The notes beneath the pieces were generated by a model that ran no database searches, was not told where the DNA came from, and saw only the letters and a program-made list of their open reading frames with translations. The translations under genes were made by a program, and so were the position numbers. From Patescibacteria group bacterium (GTDB taxonomy: Bacteria > Patescibacteriota > Patescibacteriia > GWA2-46-9): a stretch of DNA of 64,000 nt. Shown in pieces: positions 15,701-25,116 of this stretch; the stretch's first letter is position 1; every line of letters starts with the position of its first letter. The stretch spans positions 29,898-93,897 of the forward strand of contig JBAYUF010000004.1 of NCBI GenBank assembly GCA_041675205.1, in the 5' to 3' direction.

Positions 15701-16084
15701 TGGTGGAGATGAGGGGAGTCGAACCCCTGTCTGAAGAGTGGAAGCCGAAAAGTCTACAGGTATAGTCGCTCATTGATTTCCATCCGACGACGTTGAGCGA
15801 CGACGTGACGGATGCGAGTTCCGAAAGTACTCCGTACGCACCGGAACAGCACGTTAGGAGTGCTTACAAATATGACACCTCAATTGCTTCCCTGTAAGCG
15901 AGGAGGCTGAGATGGTTCTCGGCTTTTTTAGGCGAGAACAGGAGCAAGGCGGAGAGACGCGAAAGCGTTCTGCACCTTACTGGCCAGTGTGTTGGCTTGT
16001 ATGTAGGTGGGAAAGATTTAGGAGCATTCCCATGCTCCACCTGCCTTTTCGGAAAGAACTCTCCATCGAAACCGGGACATCCCC
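15701..16084 (-). ncRNA. ssrA: tmRNA (SsrA)
   Basis: The 5' end is GGGGATG and the 3' end is GGGGTTCGACTCCCCTCATCTCCACCA. Together they form a tRNA-Ala-like acceptor with a G3-U70 wobble, and CCA is encoded. The gene sits directly downstream of smpB. The putative tag ORF is GCC AAC ACA CTG ... GTT CTC GCC TAA. Confidence 0.88.
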
Positions 16085-16086
16085 AT

Positions 16087-16593
16087 TTAGGGGCGCAGCA
16101 TTCGCTGCCGAACCATACGGCCGACCTCACGCGTCTTAATATCCTCGCGTCGGTCGACCTTTGTTTTACCTCGTCCAAGGCCAATACTGACCTTGATGAG
16201 TCGGTTGCGAGTATACAGAGAAAGTGGCACTACTGTCAAACCTTTTGTTTGCAATAATCCAACTAATCGCACAAGTTCTTGCCGTCGCAAAAGTAACCGT
16301 CTGGTCTGACGAGGTTCATACCCTTCTACCGGACCGGCTTTGACATATGGTGGAATATAGAGATTTACCAATTCGGCGGCGAACTGTTGATGGCGGCTGG
16401 CTGAGTAAAAAGACCGTACGCGCACATAACTACCACGCATATCCCCCACCCCAGCCTTCAAAGACTTCACTTCTTGACCACTCAACGTGATGCCAGCCTC
16501 CCACCGCTCGATTATGGCGAATCGCTGTCGTGCGCGACGATTCTCGACCAATGTTCGAGACGCGCTTGTTTGTGCTGTCCTTTGAGATTTCAT
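16087..16593 (-). CDS. smpB: SsrA-binding protein SmpB
   Basis: The motifs ENRRARQRFAIIERWEAGITLSGQEVKSL and LYTRNRLIKVSIGLGRGK match the SmpB family. Confidence 0.9.
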   Translation of the reverse strand: MKSQRTAQTSASRTLVENRRARQRFAIIERWEAGITLSGQEVKSLKAGVGDMRGSYVRVRSFYSASRHQQFAAELVNLYIPPYVKAGPVEGYEPRQTRRLLLRRQELVRLVGLLQTKGLTVVPLSLYTRNRLIKVSIGLGRGKTKVDRREDIKTREVGRMVRQRMLRP

Positions 16594-16645
16594 ATCTGTT
16601 GCCGTATACTCCGTATACTAGCCTCAGCGAACAGACCATACAACT

Positions 16646-17680
16646 ATGACTCCTCAATTTCAAGAAAGCAGCATTACCATCACCACCGCTACGATGCTTA
16701 AAGCAGTGGCGATGGTTGTGGCCGTTTGGGTTATCTACCTCACCGCTGATATCTTGTTCCTGGTTCTAGCGGCGATATTCTTGTCCGCCGCATTACGCCC
16801 GGGTGTTGATTGGTTGCAACGGCGACACATACCACGACCGGTGAGCATGCTCGGCATCTACGCCATACTTTTTGCGGTGCTTAGCACTGCGGTTATTCTC
16901 ATTGTTCCGCCAATTATTGAAGAGCTAAAAGCCTTGGCCCTCACCTTTCCCGACCTCTACACGAAATTTTTCACCTGGCTCACGAGCTACAGCCCGCAGC
17001 TCGCCGCTACACCAGCCACCCAAGCGCTTCAAGAGTTATCACGAGCCATAACGTCCGCCACGCAAGGCGTTGTCGGAACCATTGCTGGAATTTTTGGTGG
17101 CTTGTTCTCGTTCTTCATGGTGCTTGTTATGACCTTCTACCTGGTCGTAGACGAGAACGCCATTGAACGCAGCGTGGCAGCCTTACCAGCGTCAGCCCAG
17201 ACCTATCTCACTGGACTCTACGGCAGACTCGAGGCACAAATTGGTCGATGGCTACGAGCCCAACTGCTGCTCATGGCCTTGGTCGGCCTGTTGGTATACG
17301 TCTTACTTTTACTACTTGGCATGCGCTATGCGGTGCTCTTGGCAGTTGTGGCAGCATTAACGGAGTTTATCCCTTACCTCGGCCCTTTAATTGGCGCCGT
17401 ACCAGCCATCCTGCTGGCCTATGCCATTTCGCCGGAGATGGCGGGAGCAGTTGCTGTCGCCTACTACCTGGTACAGCTTTTTGAGAACAACGTTCTTACG
17501 CCAAAAATCATGGAGCGAGCAGTTGGCCTCTCCCCCATTATTTCGATTGTCGCCTTCTTGGTTGGTGGAAAAATTGGCGGCATTACTGGCGCCTTCTTGG
17601 CCATACCGCTCGCCATCGCCTTGCATGTTATCATCCAAGAAACACGGGCTCGGCATCGAGCAAAAACTAGCCAGAAATAA
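16646..17680 (+). CDS. AI-2E family transporter (PerM/UPF0118)
   Basis: It is an 8-TM protein with a conserved FIPYLGP...PLAIALHV C-terminal region. Confidence 0.78.
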   Translation: MTPQFQESSITITTATMLKAVAMVVAVWVIYLTADILFLVLAAIFLSAALRPGVDWLQRRHIPRPVSMLGIYAILFAVLSTAVILIVPPIIEELKALALTFPDLYTKFFTWLTSYSPQLAATPATQALQELSRAITSATQGVVGTIAGIFGGLFSFFMVLVMTFYLVVDENAIERSVAALPASAQTYLTGLYGRLEAQIGRWLRAQLLLMALVGLLVYVLLLLLGMRYAVLLAVVAALTEFIPYLGPLIGAVPAILLAYAISPEMAGAVAVAYYLVQLFENNVLTPKIMERAVGLSPIISIVAFLVGGKIGGITGAFLAIPLAIALHVIIQETRARHRAKTSQK

Positions 17681-17682
17681 TT

Positions 17683-19059
17683 ATGGTGAAATCAATGGAC
17701 GAATTGGTGTCATTCGCCAAACGTCGCGGCTTTATTTTTCCGGGTTCAGAAATCTATGGTGGACTGGCGAACGCCTGGGACTACGGACCGCTTGGTGTTG
17801 AACTTAAAAATAACATCAAGCAAGAGTGGTGGCGACGCTTCGTGAATGCTCGTCCCGATGTTGTTGGTATCGATGCGGCGTTACTGATGAACCCCAAGGT
17901 CTGGGAAGCCAGTGGCCACCTTTCTAATTTCACTGACCCCTTGGTTGAAGACAAGGTCACCCACGAACGCTTCCGACTCGATCAACTCCTGGAAGCACAA
18001 GGGATTGATATAACGGGCCTCACCTTTGAGGAAATGCGCGCGGCGGCCAAACATAACAAGGTGCAAAGCCCCCACGGCAATGAGCTCACAGAAGCCAAGC
18101 AGTTCAACCTCATGCTCAAAACCTTCCTCGGACCCGCTGAAGCGCAAGCGAACGTCGTTTACTTCAGACCAGAAACAGCGCAATCAATGTTTGTAAATTT
18201 TAAGGCAGTGCTCAACGCCACGCGTCGACGGCTTCCGTTCGGCATCGCCCAAATCGGCAAAGCCTTCCGAAATGAAATCACACCAGGCAATTTCATCTTC
18301 CGCACCCGTGAATTCGAACAAATGGAAATTGAATACTTTATTCGCGAATCAGAATGGGAAACCCACTTCTCCGCCTGGCTGGCGAGTATGCAACAATGGA
18401 TTCGTGACCTCGGCATTACTGAAGACCATATAGTACTCAAAGATATTGCGGACGGCGAACGCGCCCACTACTCAAAACGCACCATCGACATTGAATACAC
18501 GTTCCCGTTTGGTACCAAAGAACTCTACGGTCTCGCCTACCGCACAGATTTTGATTTACAGGCGCACATGACTGGCAGCGGTGAAGATCTCAGCTATACC
18601 AATCCTGAAGATCCAACGGATAAATTCGTGCCACATGTCATCGAACCAACCTGGGGAGTTGATCGCACCGTGCTGGCAGTACTGTGCGAAGCGTATACAG
18701 AAGAAGCCGCACCAACGGCTGACGATAAAGCAGAAACACGAATTGTGATGAAGCTTCCCTACTGGCTTGCGCCGATAAAGGTAGCCGTGCTCCCACTCTC
18801 CAAAAAAGAAGAGCTGGCGACCATCGCTAAGCCGTTATTTGCAGAGCTCGCCAAACGCTTCGTCTGTGACTATGACGAAACACAATCTATTGGTCGCCGG
18901 TATCGACGACAAGACGAGATTGGCACACCCTTTGCCGTAACCGTTGACTTCGATACGGTGAACGACCACTGCGTCACTCTTCGCGACCGCGACACAATGG
19001 AGCAAGTGCGACTTCCTATTACAAACCTTGCCGACGAAATTGCTCGGCGCTTAGCGTAA
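17683..19059 (+). CDS. glyQS: Glycyl-tRNA synthetase (dimeric class II)
   Basis: MDELVSFAKRRGFIFPGSEIYGGL and the class II motifs are present. Confidence 0.93.
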   Translation: MVKSMDELVSFAKRRGFIFPGSEIYGGLANAWDYGPLGVELKNNIKQEWWRRFVNARPDVVGIDAALLMNPKVWEASGHLSNFTDPLVEDKVTHERFRLDQLLEAQGIDITGLTFEEMRAAAKHNKVQSPHGNELTEAKQFNLMLKTFLGPAEAQANVVYFRPETAQSMFVNFKAVLNATRRRLPFGIAQIGKAFRNEITPGNFIFRTREFEQMEIEYFIRESEWETHFSAWLASMQQWIRDLGITEDHIVLKDIADGERAHYSKRTIDIEYTFPFGTKELYGLAYRTDFDLQAHMTGSGEDLSYTNPEDPTDKFVPHVIEPTWGVDRTVLAVLCEAYTEEAAPTADDKAETRIVMKLPYWLAPIKVAVLPLSKKEELATIAKPLFAELAKRFVCDYDETQSIGRRYRRQDEIGTPFAVTVDFDTVNDHCVTLRDRDTMEQVRLPITNLADEIARRLA

Positions 19060-19063
19060 AACA

Positions 19064-20341
19064 ATGCAAACTATCAAACGTAGCCGACTCAAAAACGGCC
19101 TGACGCTTTATGTCGCACCTATGCCAAGCGCCCAAAGTGCCACAGTACTGGTGCTCGTACGAGCCGGTTCAAAGTACGAAACAAAACGAACAAATGGTTT
19201 GTCCCACTTCCTTGAACACATGTTTTTTAAGGGCACGGCCAAGCGACCGACACCGAAAGACGTTGCCGCCGTGCTGGACGCGGTCGGTGGCGAATATAAC
19301 GCCTTTACCGACAAAGAGCACACCGGCTACTACGCCCGCCTCGACGCTCGCCATATCCCGCTGGCGGTAGACTGGGTGGCAGACATGTTGCTGCACTCTA
19401 ATCATGCGGCTGAAGAAATTGAAAGAGAAAAAGGTGTCATACAGCAAGAATTGGCCATGTACTACGACACGCCGACTTCATACATTGGCGACGTCCTCGA
19501 GTCCCTGCTCTACGGCGACCAGCCCGCTGGATGGGATATTGGTGGCACCCGGCAGACGGTCGCCAACGTTACTCGTCGTGATCTCCTGGCCTACTTCCAA
19601 AGCCGTTATGTGGCGAACGAAACCATTGTGGTCGTGGCCGGTAAAGTACAAGCCGCAAAGATTGAACGACTCATCGAAAAACACTTCGCTATCTTACCGA
19701 AACGTCGTACCACGCCAAAGCTAGCGGTGAAAGAAAAGCAAACAGCACCGGCCTTTAAGCTACAAGAAAAGCAAACTGACCAAACGCATCTCGCCCTGGC
19801 TGTTCGCACCTATAACGCGTATGACGAACGGCGATACGCCGTGGCTGTACTTTCTATGATACTTGGCGGCAACATGAGCTCTCGACTGTTTACCAGTTTG
19901 CGAGAAAAGCACAGCCTCGCCTACTACGTTTCAACCCGTTCCCAGTACTACTCAGACTCAGGCTACTTGGTAACAACGGCTGGTGTGCCAAACGGTAAAC
20001 TGGCCGAAGCAACGCACATCATTTTGAGTGAATACGAAACAATCAAACGAATTGGCATTGATGCCGCGGAACTCAATCAAGCCAAGGATTGCTTCAAAGG
20101 GCATGCTGTCATTGGGCTCGAATCATCGAGCGCCATGGCGAGTTTCCTTGGCGACCAAGCAATTCTGAAAGATAAAGCAGAACCAATTGAGTCTATGCTA
20201 AAACACATCGACCGCGTTACAACAGAGCAAGTGCTCAGTGTGGCAAAAGATATCTTCCAGAATAAAAAATTGAACCTCGCCGTCATTGGACCAAAGGGCG
20301 AGGAAGTAGCCGTTAAAGCCGCCCTTCGCTTCGCCATCTAA
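19064..20341 (+). CDS. M16 family zinc peptidase (insulinase-like)
   Basis: The inverted zinc motif HFLEHMFFKGT (HxxEH) is present. Confidence 0.85.
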   Translation: MQTIKRSRLKNGLTLYVAPMPSAQSATVLVLVRAGSKYETKRTNGLSHFLEHMFFKGTAKRPTPKDVAAVLDAVGGEYNAFTDKEHTGYYARLDARHIPLAVDWVADMLLHSNHAAEEIEREKGVIQQELAMYYDTPTSYIGDVLESLLYGDQPAGWDIGGTRQTVANVTRRDLLAYFQSRYVANETIVVVAGKVQAAKIERLIEKHFAILPKRRTTPKLAVKEKQTAPAFKLQEKQTDQTHLALAVRTYNAYDERRYAVAVLSMILGGNMSSRLFTSLREKHSLAYYVSTRSQYYSDSGYLVTTAGVPNGKLAEATHIILSEYETIKRIGIDAAELNQAKDCFKGHAVIGLESSSAMASFLGDQAILKDKAEPIESMLKHIDRVTTEQVLSVAKDIFQNKKLNLAVIGPKGEEVAVKAALRFAI

Positions 20342-20349
20342 TTAACCAG

Positions 20350-20811
20350 TTACAGCCAAACGACCAGCAACCAAACAAGAATAAACAACGACACCTGCAC
20401 AATGTAGCCCAATACTGGATGAATTGGATGCTTCAAAAAACGATGCGCAGCATCGTGCATTGTATGGAAATCTGGTAAAAATTTTTTCCTTGATACATGC
20501 CAACAACCATCAAGGACATCTGGCAGCACGGCGCCAAGGGCGCCTGTGAAAAAAGCAGCCGGATGTCGAGTAATACCGCTTGCATAAAACAGGGTGACGA
20601 TAGCTAAAGCGGTAAGCGCATCGAGAATAAATAAAGCAGCCACCCACCGCTTACGTTCAGGCGCGAGCAAGTACTTTTCAATCCGCTCGTCGCCATGCGG
20701 CACTGCGTCAAAAATGAAATGCGAGAGCATGCCGGCAAAACCAGCGACATACGGCTCGTCAATGACATCGCCAAGCAGAGCACCAATTGATGCGTGAACA
20801 GTTAGAAACAT
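20350..20811 (-). CDS. Membrane-bound metal-dependent hydrolase-like protein (YdjM/DUF457-like), tentative
   Basis: It is a small His/Asp-rich polytopic protein. The start is trimmed to MFLTVHASIG to avoid overlapping the upstream terminator. Confidence 0.45.
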   Translation of the reverse strand: MFLTVHASIGALLGDVIDEPYVAGFAGMLSHFIFDAVPHGDERIEKYLLAPERKRWVAALFILDALTALAIVTLFYASGITRHPAAFFTGALGAVLPDVLDGCWHVSRKKFLPDFHTMHDAAHRFLKHPIHPVLGYIVQVSLFILVWLLVVWL

Positions 20812-20849
20812 TTCATCAGTATACTGACCAATCCCCCTTCCGTCACATG

Positions 20850-20884
20850 AAAAAAACAAACGCTCCGACAAAGTCGGAGCGTTT
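20850..20884 (-). terminator. Rho-independent terminator for RRM-protein gene
   Basis: A perfect hairpin (aaacgctccgac-aaa-gtcggagcgttt) is followed by a T-run on the minus strand. Confidence 0.8.
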
Positions 20885-20907
20885 GTAGGAACAACGTCGG
20901 AAGACGC

Positions 20908-21165
20908 TTAGCGCTGACCCATTGGTCGCGCCTCGTTCACGGTGATGGTTCTACCACTCAAGCTCTGCCCGTTCCAGGCGGAGATTGCTGCATCTGCCTC
21001 TTCGTCCGTCGACATTTCGACGAAGCCGAAGCCCTTCGACCGTCCGGTTTCCCGGTCAGTGATGATCTTGGCTGATGCTACCGTGCCCGAGTTAGAAAAC
21101 GCGTCTTTGAGGTCCTCATCCGTGGTGGAGTAAGGAAGCCCGCCGACGAAAAGTCGCTTTGCCAT
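20908..21165 (-). CDS. RNA-binding protein (RRM domain)
   Basis: RNP-2 (LFVGGLPY) and RNP-1 (KGFGFVEM) motifs are present. The start is at MAKRLFVGGL. Confidence 0.82.
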   Translation of the reverse strand: MAKRLFVGGLPYSTTDEDLKDAFSNSGTVASAKIITDRETGRSKGFGFVEMSTDEEADAAISAWNGQSLSGRTITVNEARPMGQR

Positions 21166-21305
21166 TTCTCGTGCTTTGGTTACGTTACAAGTGCTCGTAA
21201 GGCGACCTAAATTCTCGGCTGTGGTCGCTTGGTAGCGTAAACAAGACACGAGAACCTTACATTGCGAAAATACTATAGCAGCTTTAACGCAACTTGTAAA
21301 GGGGG

Positions 21306-21767
21306 CTATTCAGGCCCTCTCCGGCGAACGTATTCAGGCCGCTCTGGTAAGTCAAAAAATAAACCGCGAAAACTTTTACTGCTGTAGTACAAAGCAAAGG
21401 CAAAAAGGAAGGCTATGAAATGACTGGCTACAAAAAAGGCGAGATGCGTGTTGCTTAGTGCGACCGCTGCGTAGCTGGTAGCGGACACATAGACAAAACT
21501 GTAGACACCAGCAGCAGAAACGACAAAATCAGTTGCGATAATCCAGCGCTGCAGAGGATTCGTTAATCCAGCTAACAGTATCAGCGCTAAAACAATAAGA
21601 GAAATTGCAAACGCTGATACTGGCAAGAGCGAAACAACGAATGGACTCACTATTGTTAAAGTAATTGCTATAGCAATGAACAAACGGCGAACAATGTCTC
21701 CGTAGTAATGCACCGTGGCAACGACCGGCACTACATGTTGGTCGACTGCTCGTAAATGTGAGTCCAT
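21306..21767 (-). CDS. Hypothetical membrane protein
   Basis: It has four predicted TM helices and no recognisable family. Confidence 0.45.
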   Translation of the reverse strand: MDSHLRAVDQHVVPVVATVHYYGDIVRRLFIAIAITLTIVSPFVVSLLPVSAFAISLIVLALILLAGLTNPLQRWIIATDFVVSAAGVYSFVYVSATSYAAVALSNTHLAFFVASHFIAFLFAFALYYSSKSFRGLFFDLPERPEYVRRRGPE

Positions 21768-21802
21768 GAGTTTATAATAACTCGTTTCAAAAGGTTGGCC
21801 AA

Positions 21803-23176
21803 CTATGAGTTGACGTTACCTAATCGCTGATGAACAGCTGCACTATACGTAGACACCGAGAATCTCCGGTCACACCCTGAACGAGCCATAAAGCGAACCG
21901 TGCCGAAAATCGGCCGAGGAAACCATGGCCGGTCATGAACGCCGCCAATAGACCAGGCGATACCTGCGTAGCCATTGGGGTCTCGCCCGTCGACTTGATA
22001 CCGGTCATTCAACCCAACCGCAACGCGCATGGCAATGGTGGCTGAGGGTGACCACTCTAGTATTTTTTTTGCCCAGTACATGCGCAGGTACCCAGGCATG
22101 GTGCCGCAATGCACCAACTCAAGCTGGGCCGCATTCCACAGTTCGTCATGTGTCTGTGCCTTGTCTAACGTGGCTTCACTGTATAGGTACGGACGCTTAT
22201 CACGACTATGCTCTGCAAGTGTTTTTTGCGACCAGGCTGGAAAGCCTTTTATCGAGTCGTAGTTCTCATTGTAAAAACAAAAGTTCTCCGCCAGTTCACG
22301 ACGAACTATCAATTCTTCCAAGAAGGTTTCGGCTGCTTCTGACCGTGGCTGCTTCATAACTTCTAGAGCGACTCGGGCTGCTGCCAGTTGCCCAAAATGT
22401 AGATACGGCGACAACAGTGACTGCCCAGACTTCGTTGGATCATTACGATGCTCTTTGTAATGACGCAGTTTATTTTTTATAAAATATCGCATCTTTCGAT
22501 TCGCTTCTTTTGGTCCTGGTTCAAGTTCACTCGGCAAGCGAATCGCTTCATTTACTTGCACCGTGCGCCGTATCGTTGACCAGTTTACAGTTGGACAATT
22601 ACCTGACCACGGAAATGGATGACGCCGTACCTTTGGGAATGGTGTTAGGTACTCCGGCAACAGTCGCGTAATCTTTGGTCGCAATGTTCGAGCCGAGTAC
22701 TCTTGCTTTGGTGAAGCCAACCAGCACGGCACGATATTATGTGCATCAACCTCAATGAGTGGTACTGGCAGTTCTTTGGCTAATGTCGAACGCCACTCAC
22801 GAGCGCGTCGAAGTGGAGAAAAATCTGTTACCACTGCTCCAACTTTGTGACGGCGAACAAACACTTTTATTGCCTTTACCGGGTCGTCAAGCAGGATAAA
22901 AAATGGTAGCCGCAATGTACGTGCCTCTGTTGCAACGGCGCGTAACCCAGGAAGCATAAAATCAACCAGACGGGCTGTACCACGGTGCTGTCGTAAATCA
23001 GGGCGTAAACAGAAAACAACTATAAGGGGCACTTTTTGCTGCACGGCTAATGACTGCGCATGCGATAAGGCCCAATTATCTTCAATTCGCTGATCCCGAG
23101 ACATCCAGTACACGACAGGACCAACACCATGCGGTTTGTCGTTCAGTGTTCGAGCACGACGCAAGTCACTATGCAT
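21803..23176 (-). CDS. Deoxyribodipyrimidine photolyase (class II CPD photolyase-like)
   Basis: HGYLRMYWAKKILEWSP and WSIGGVHDRPW are typical of class II photolyases. Confidence 0.82.
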   Translation of the reverse strand: MHSDLRRARTLNDKPHGVGPVVYWMSRDQRIEDNWALSHAQSLAVQQKVPLIVVFCLRPDLRQHRGTARLVDFMLPGLRAVATEARTLRLPFFILLDDPVKAIKVFVRRHKVGAVVTDFSPLRRAREWRSTLAKELPVPLIEVDAHNIVPCWLASPKQEYSARTLRPKITRLLPEYLTPFPKVRRHPFPWSGNCPTVNWSTIRRTVQVNEAIRLPSELEPGPKEANRKMRYFIKNKLRHYKEHRNDPTKSGQSLLSPYLHFGQLAAARVALEVMKQPRSEAAETFLEELIVRRELAENFCFYNENYDSIKGFPAWSQKTLAEHSRDKRPYLYSEATLDKAQTHDELWNAAQLELVHCGTMPGYLRMYWAKKILEWSPSATIAMRVAVGLNDRYQVDGRDPNGYAGIAWSIGGVHDRPWFPRPIFGTVRFMARSGCDRRFSVSTYSAAVHQRLGNVNS

Positions 23177-23179
23177 AGC

Positions 23180-23193
23180 TTCAGTGTACTGAA
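23180..23193. promoter_or_regulatory. Perfect palindrome TTCAGTGTACTGAA abutting photolyase start codon
   Basis: It is a 6-2-6 inverted repeat that starts 4 nt upstream of the photolyase start codon and extends about 17 nt into the 5' region. Confidence 0.3.
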
Positions 23194-23309
23194 TTCCAGA
23201 CGTAGCGTCATTTAAAATAAAAACGATTCTATCCGTCCGTGTCGAAAGCTACTAGCAAATCTTTCGCAAATAGGTTATGCTACGAATAGCTATAGTCTGT
23301 AATAATCCT

Positions 23310-24092
23310 ATGAATTTATATCTCTACGTCATTTGTTTCTCGCTCATTGGAGGTCTTATCTCGCTTCTTGGTGCAGTGATACTACTCACCAGCCAACGGT
23401 TACAGCCACATCTCCACCATATGTTGAGCTTTGCGGCTGGCGCACTCCTGGCCACTACGTTCCTGGAACTCTTACCTGAAGCAACCGAGTTACTAGCCGA
23501 ACGTGGTACACACACAGACGGACTCTTTGCCTGGACACTCACCGGCTTCGTTCTTTTCTTCCTAATGGAGTCTTTCTTTCATGGCCGAGCCACTCACCCA
23601 TCAAACGACGTCATAGAGAGCGGTGGCGGACATCACGACCTATCTCACGCTCCATGGTTTGTTATTATTGGCGACACACTACACAACTTTGTTGATGGCA
23701 TTGCCATCGCTGCTGCCTTCATTGTAAATCCCGGGCTCGGTATCGTAACAACCTTTGCTGTTGCCGCGCACGAAATCCCCCAAGAAATTGGTGACATGAG
23801 TGTCATGTTAGCGGCGGGCTGGAAAAAAAGTAGAGTCATTGGTTGGAATATTGTCAGCGCGGCGGCGTCTCTACTCGGCGCGATACTAACCGTTTCCTTG
23901 CAGGCATTCGTTGAACCCTACATTGCCGCCCTTTTGGCACTAACCGCCGGCTTCTTCATTTACATTAGCGCCGCCGACCTCGTGCCTGAGCTCCATCGTC
24001 GTACGAGGCAAGATAAACTCGGCCATGTGGTAACGATGTTTCTCATTGGTATAGCGGTCATAGCGATTGTTACAAAAGTTGCTCACGGCTAG
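23310..24092 (+). CDS. ZIP family zinc transporter (ZupT-like)
   Basis: The HNFVDGIAIAAAF and HEIPQEIGD metal-binding TM motifs are present. Confidence 0.8.
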   Translation: MNLYLYVICFSLIGGLISLLGAVILLTSQRLQPHLHHMLSFAAGALLATTFLELLPEATELLAERGTHTDGLFAWTLTGFVLFFLMESFFHGRATHPSNDVIESGGGHHDLSHAPWFVIIGDTLHNFVDGIAIAAAFIVNPGLGIVTTFAVAAHEIPQEIGDMSVMLAAGWKKSRVIGWNIVSAAASLLGAILTVSLQAFVEPYIAALLALTAGFFIYISAADLVPELHRRTRQDKLGHVVTMFLIGIAVIAIVTKVAHG

Positions 24093-24115
24093 GCGTGAAG
24101 CGCTAGTAATAAAAT

Positions 24116-24146
24116 CGCCCCGGCAAGATGTCGGGGCGGTTTTTTT
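24116..24146 (+). terminator. Rho-independent terminator after ZIP transporter
   Basis: The hairpin cgccccg-gcaagatgt-cggggcg is followed by the run gttttttt. Confidence 0.8.
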
Positions 24147-24159
24147 ATCTACACTATTT

Positions 24160-24576
24160 TTAATCTTTGTTCACGTAAGCCTCGAATGCTTCTTTATCTC
24201 CGTATGGCAGAAAATCTTTCTGATGCTCTGGCGCATGAAAACCTTCGTACTTTTTATGCATAATGGCACACCAAAATTTTTCTGATTCAGCCGCTATCCG
24301 CGCACAATATGGCAACAAACCATTGGCGTAACCACAGTAGGCACAATGTACCTTTTCAATGAGTGACAGGTAGGAAAGCTTGTGACGGTCAATGCGAATA
24401 TAGTCTCCCCGCTTAACATACGGCAAACCGTATATGGGAAAAGAAAACCGATGGTAGAGCTCGGTCGCAATATCAAGAAATAAAAGCGGTACAGCCATAC
24501 CATAAATAAAAGGCCCAGTAAGCCAATAGAGAAGGATTCGACTTGGTTGTTTCTGAAGTTCTTTTCGAAATTGCAT
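24160..24576 (-). CDS. Hypothetical membrane protein with Cys-cluster (CxxC...C...C)
   Basis: A TM region is followed by HCAYCGY...CARIAAESEKFWC. Confidence 0.45.
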   Translation of the reverse strand: MQFRKELQKQPSRILLYWLTGPFIYGMAVPLLFLDIATELYHRFSFPIYGLPYVKRGDYIRIDRHKLSYLSLIEKVHCAYCGYANGLLPYCARIAAESEKFWCAIMHKKYEGFHAPEHQKDFLPYGDKEAFEAYVNKD

Positions 24577-24655
24577 GTCGGCAAGTCTAGCTGGGATTGA
24601 CTAAAAAGGCAAAAGGTGCTAGTTTATTGGCACTTTGAGCCAGGAGGTGATGAGG

Positions 24656-24832
24656 ATGAGGAGTTGTGGAAGGCTTACATTCACAGCCAAGCGTTTCGAT
24701 GGACACTGGTTCCTCGAGATCTGCCCCAGGGCCAATCTCAGACGTTTGACGCCCGATCCAATTTTCTTCAACCCGTCGACGGCGAGACCCGTGCCAGCGA
24801 CGGACAATCGCAGGGTGAGAACTCTGCACTGA
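24656..24832 (+). CDS. Small ORF 1 in GC-rich islet (about 59 aa)
   Basis: The ATG is preceded by AGGAGGTG with 8-nt spacing, and a TTGACT...TAGTTT promoter-like sequence lies at about 24597-24626. The product is Arg/Cys-rich and the call is speculative. Confidence 0.3.
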   Translation: MRSCGRLTFTAKRFDGHWFLEICPRANLRRLTPDPIFFNPSTARPVPATDNRRVRTLH

Positions 24833-24842
24833 AGGAGGTCGC

Positions 24843-24977
24843 ATGACGCGACAAAATAAGGCGAGGGCTGTTGCCAGAAAGGCGGCCAAGAAGAAGGGAG
24901 AGAGCAACGGTGGCGGCAAGAAGAAACGCCACAACAACCGTTCGGCAAAAAGGCCGAAGAAAAAGAGGGAGAAGTAA
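24843..24977 (+). CDS. Small ORF 2: 44-aa highly basic protein (MTRQNKARAVARKAAKKKGESNGGGKKKRHNNRSAKRPKKKREK)
   Basis: The ATG lies 6 nt after GGAGGT. It falls below the 60-aa cut-off of the ORF track, and a terminator follows. Confidence 0.35.
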   Translation: MTRQNKARAVARKAAKKKGESNGGGKKKRHNNRSAKRPKKKREK

Positions 24978-25049
24978 CCCTCTCCCACCCGACCGACCCG
25001 CATGGCGGCTGGTGAGCAAGGTATCCCCTAGCTCCCAGCCGCCAAAAAA

Positions 25050-25096
25050 TTTGCCAAAAAATGAATCACACCCCGACACAACGTCGTGGTGTGATT
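25050..25096 (-). terminator. Terminator hairpin between islet and SIMPL gene
   Basis: The hairpin aatcacacc...ggtgtgatt has a 9-bp stem and a T-run on the minus strand, downstream of the SIMPL gene that ends at 25117. The plus strand has an A-run upstream. Confidence 0.6.
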
Positions 25097-25116
25097 TGTA
25101 AACTCACTAACAATGC

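Noticed and set aside
15864-16257. ORFs 15864-16184(-), 15912-16139(+), 15997-16257(+)
   Set aside because: They lie entirely within the tmRNA gene, whose 5' and 3' ends form a perfect tRNA-Ala-like acceptor/T-arm. They are non-coding.
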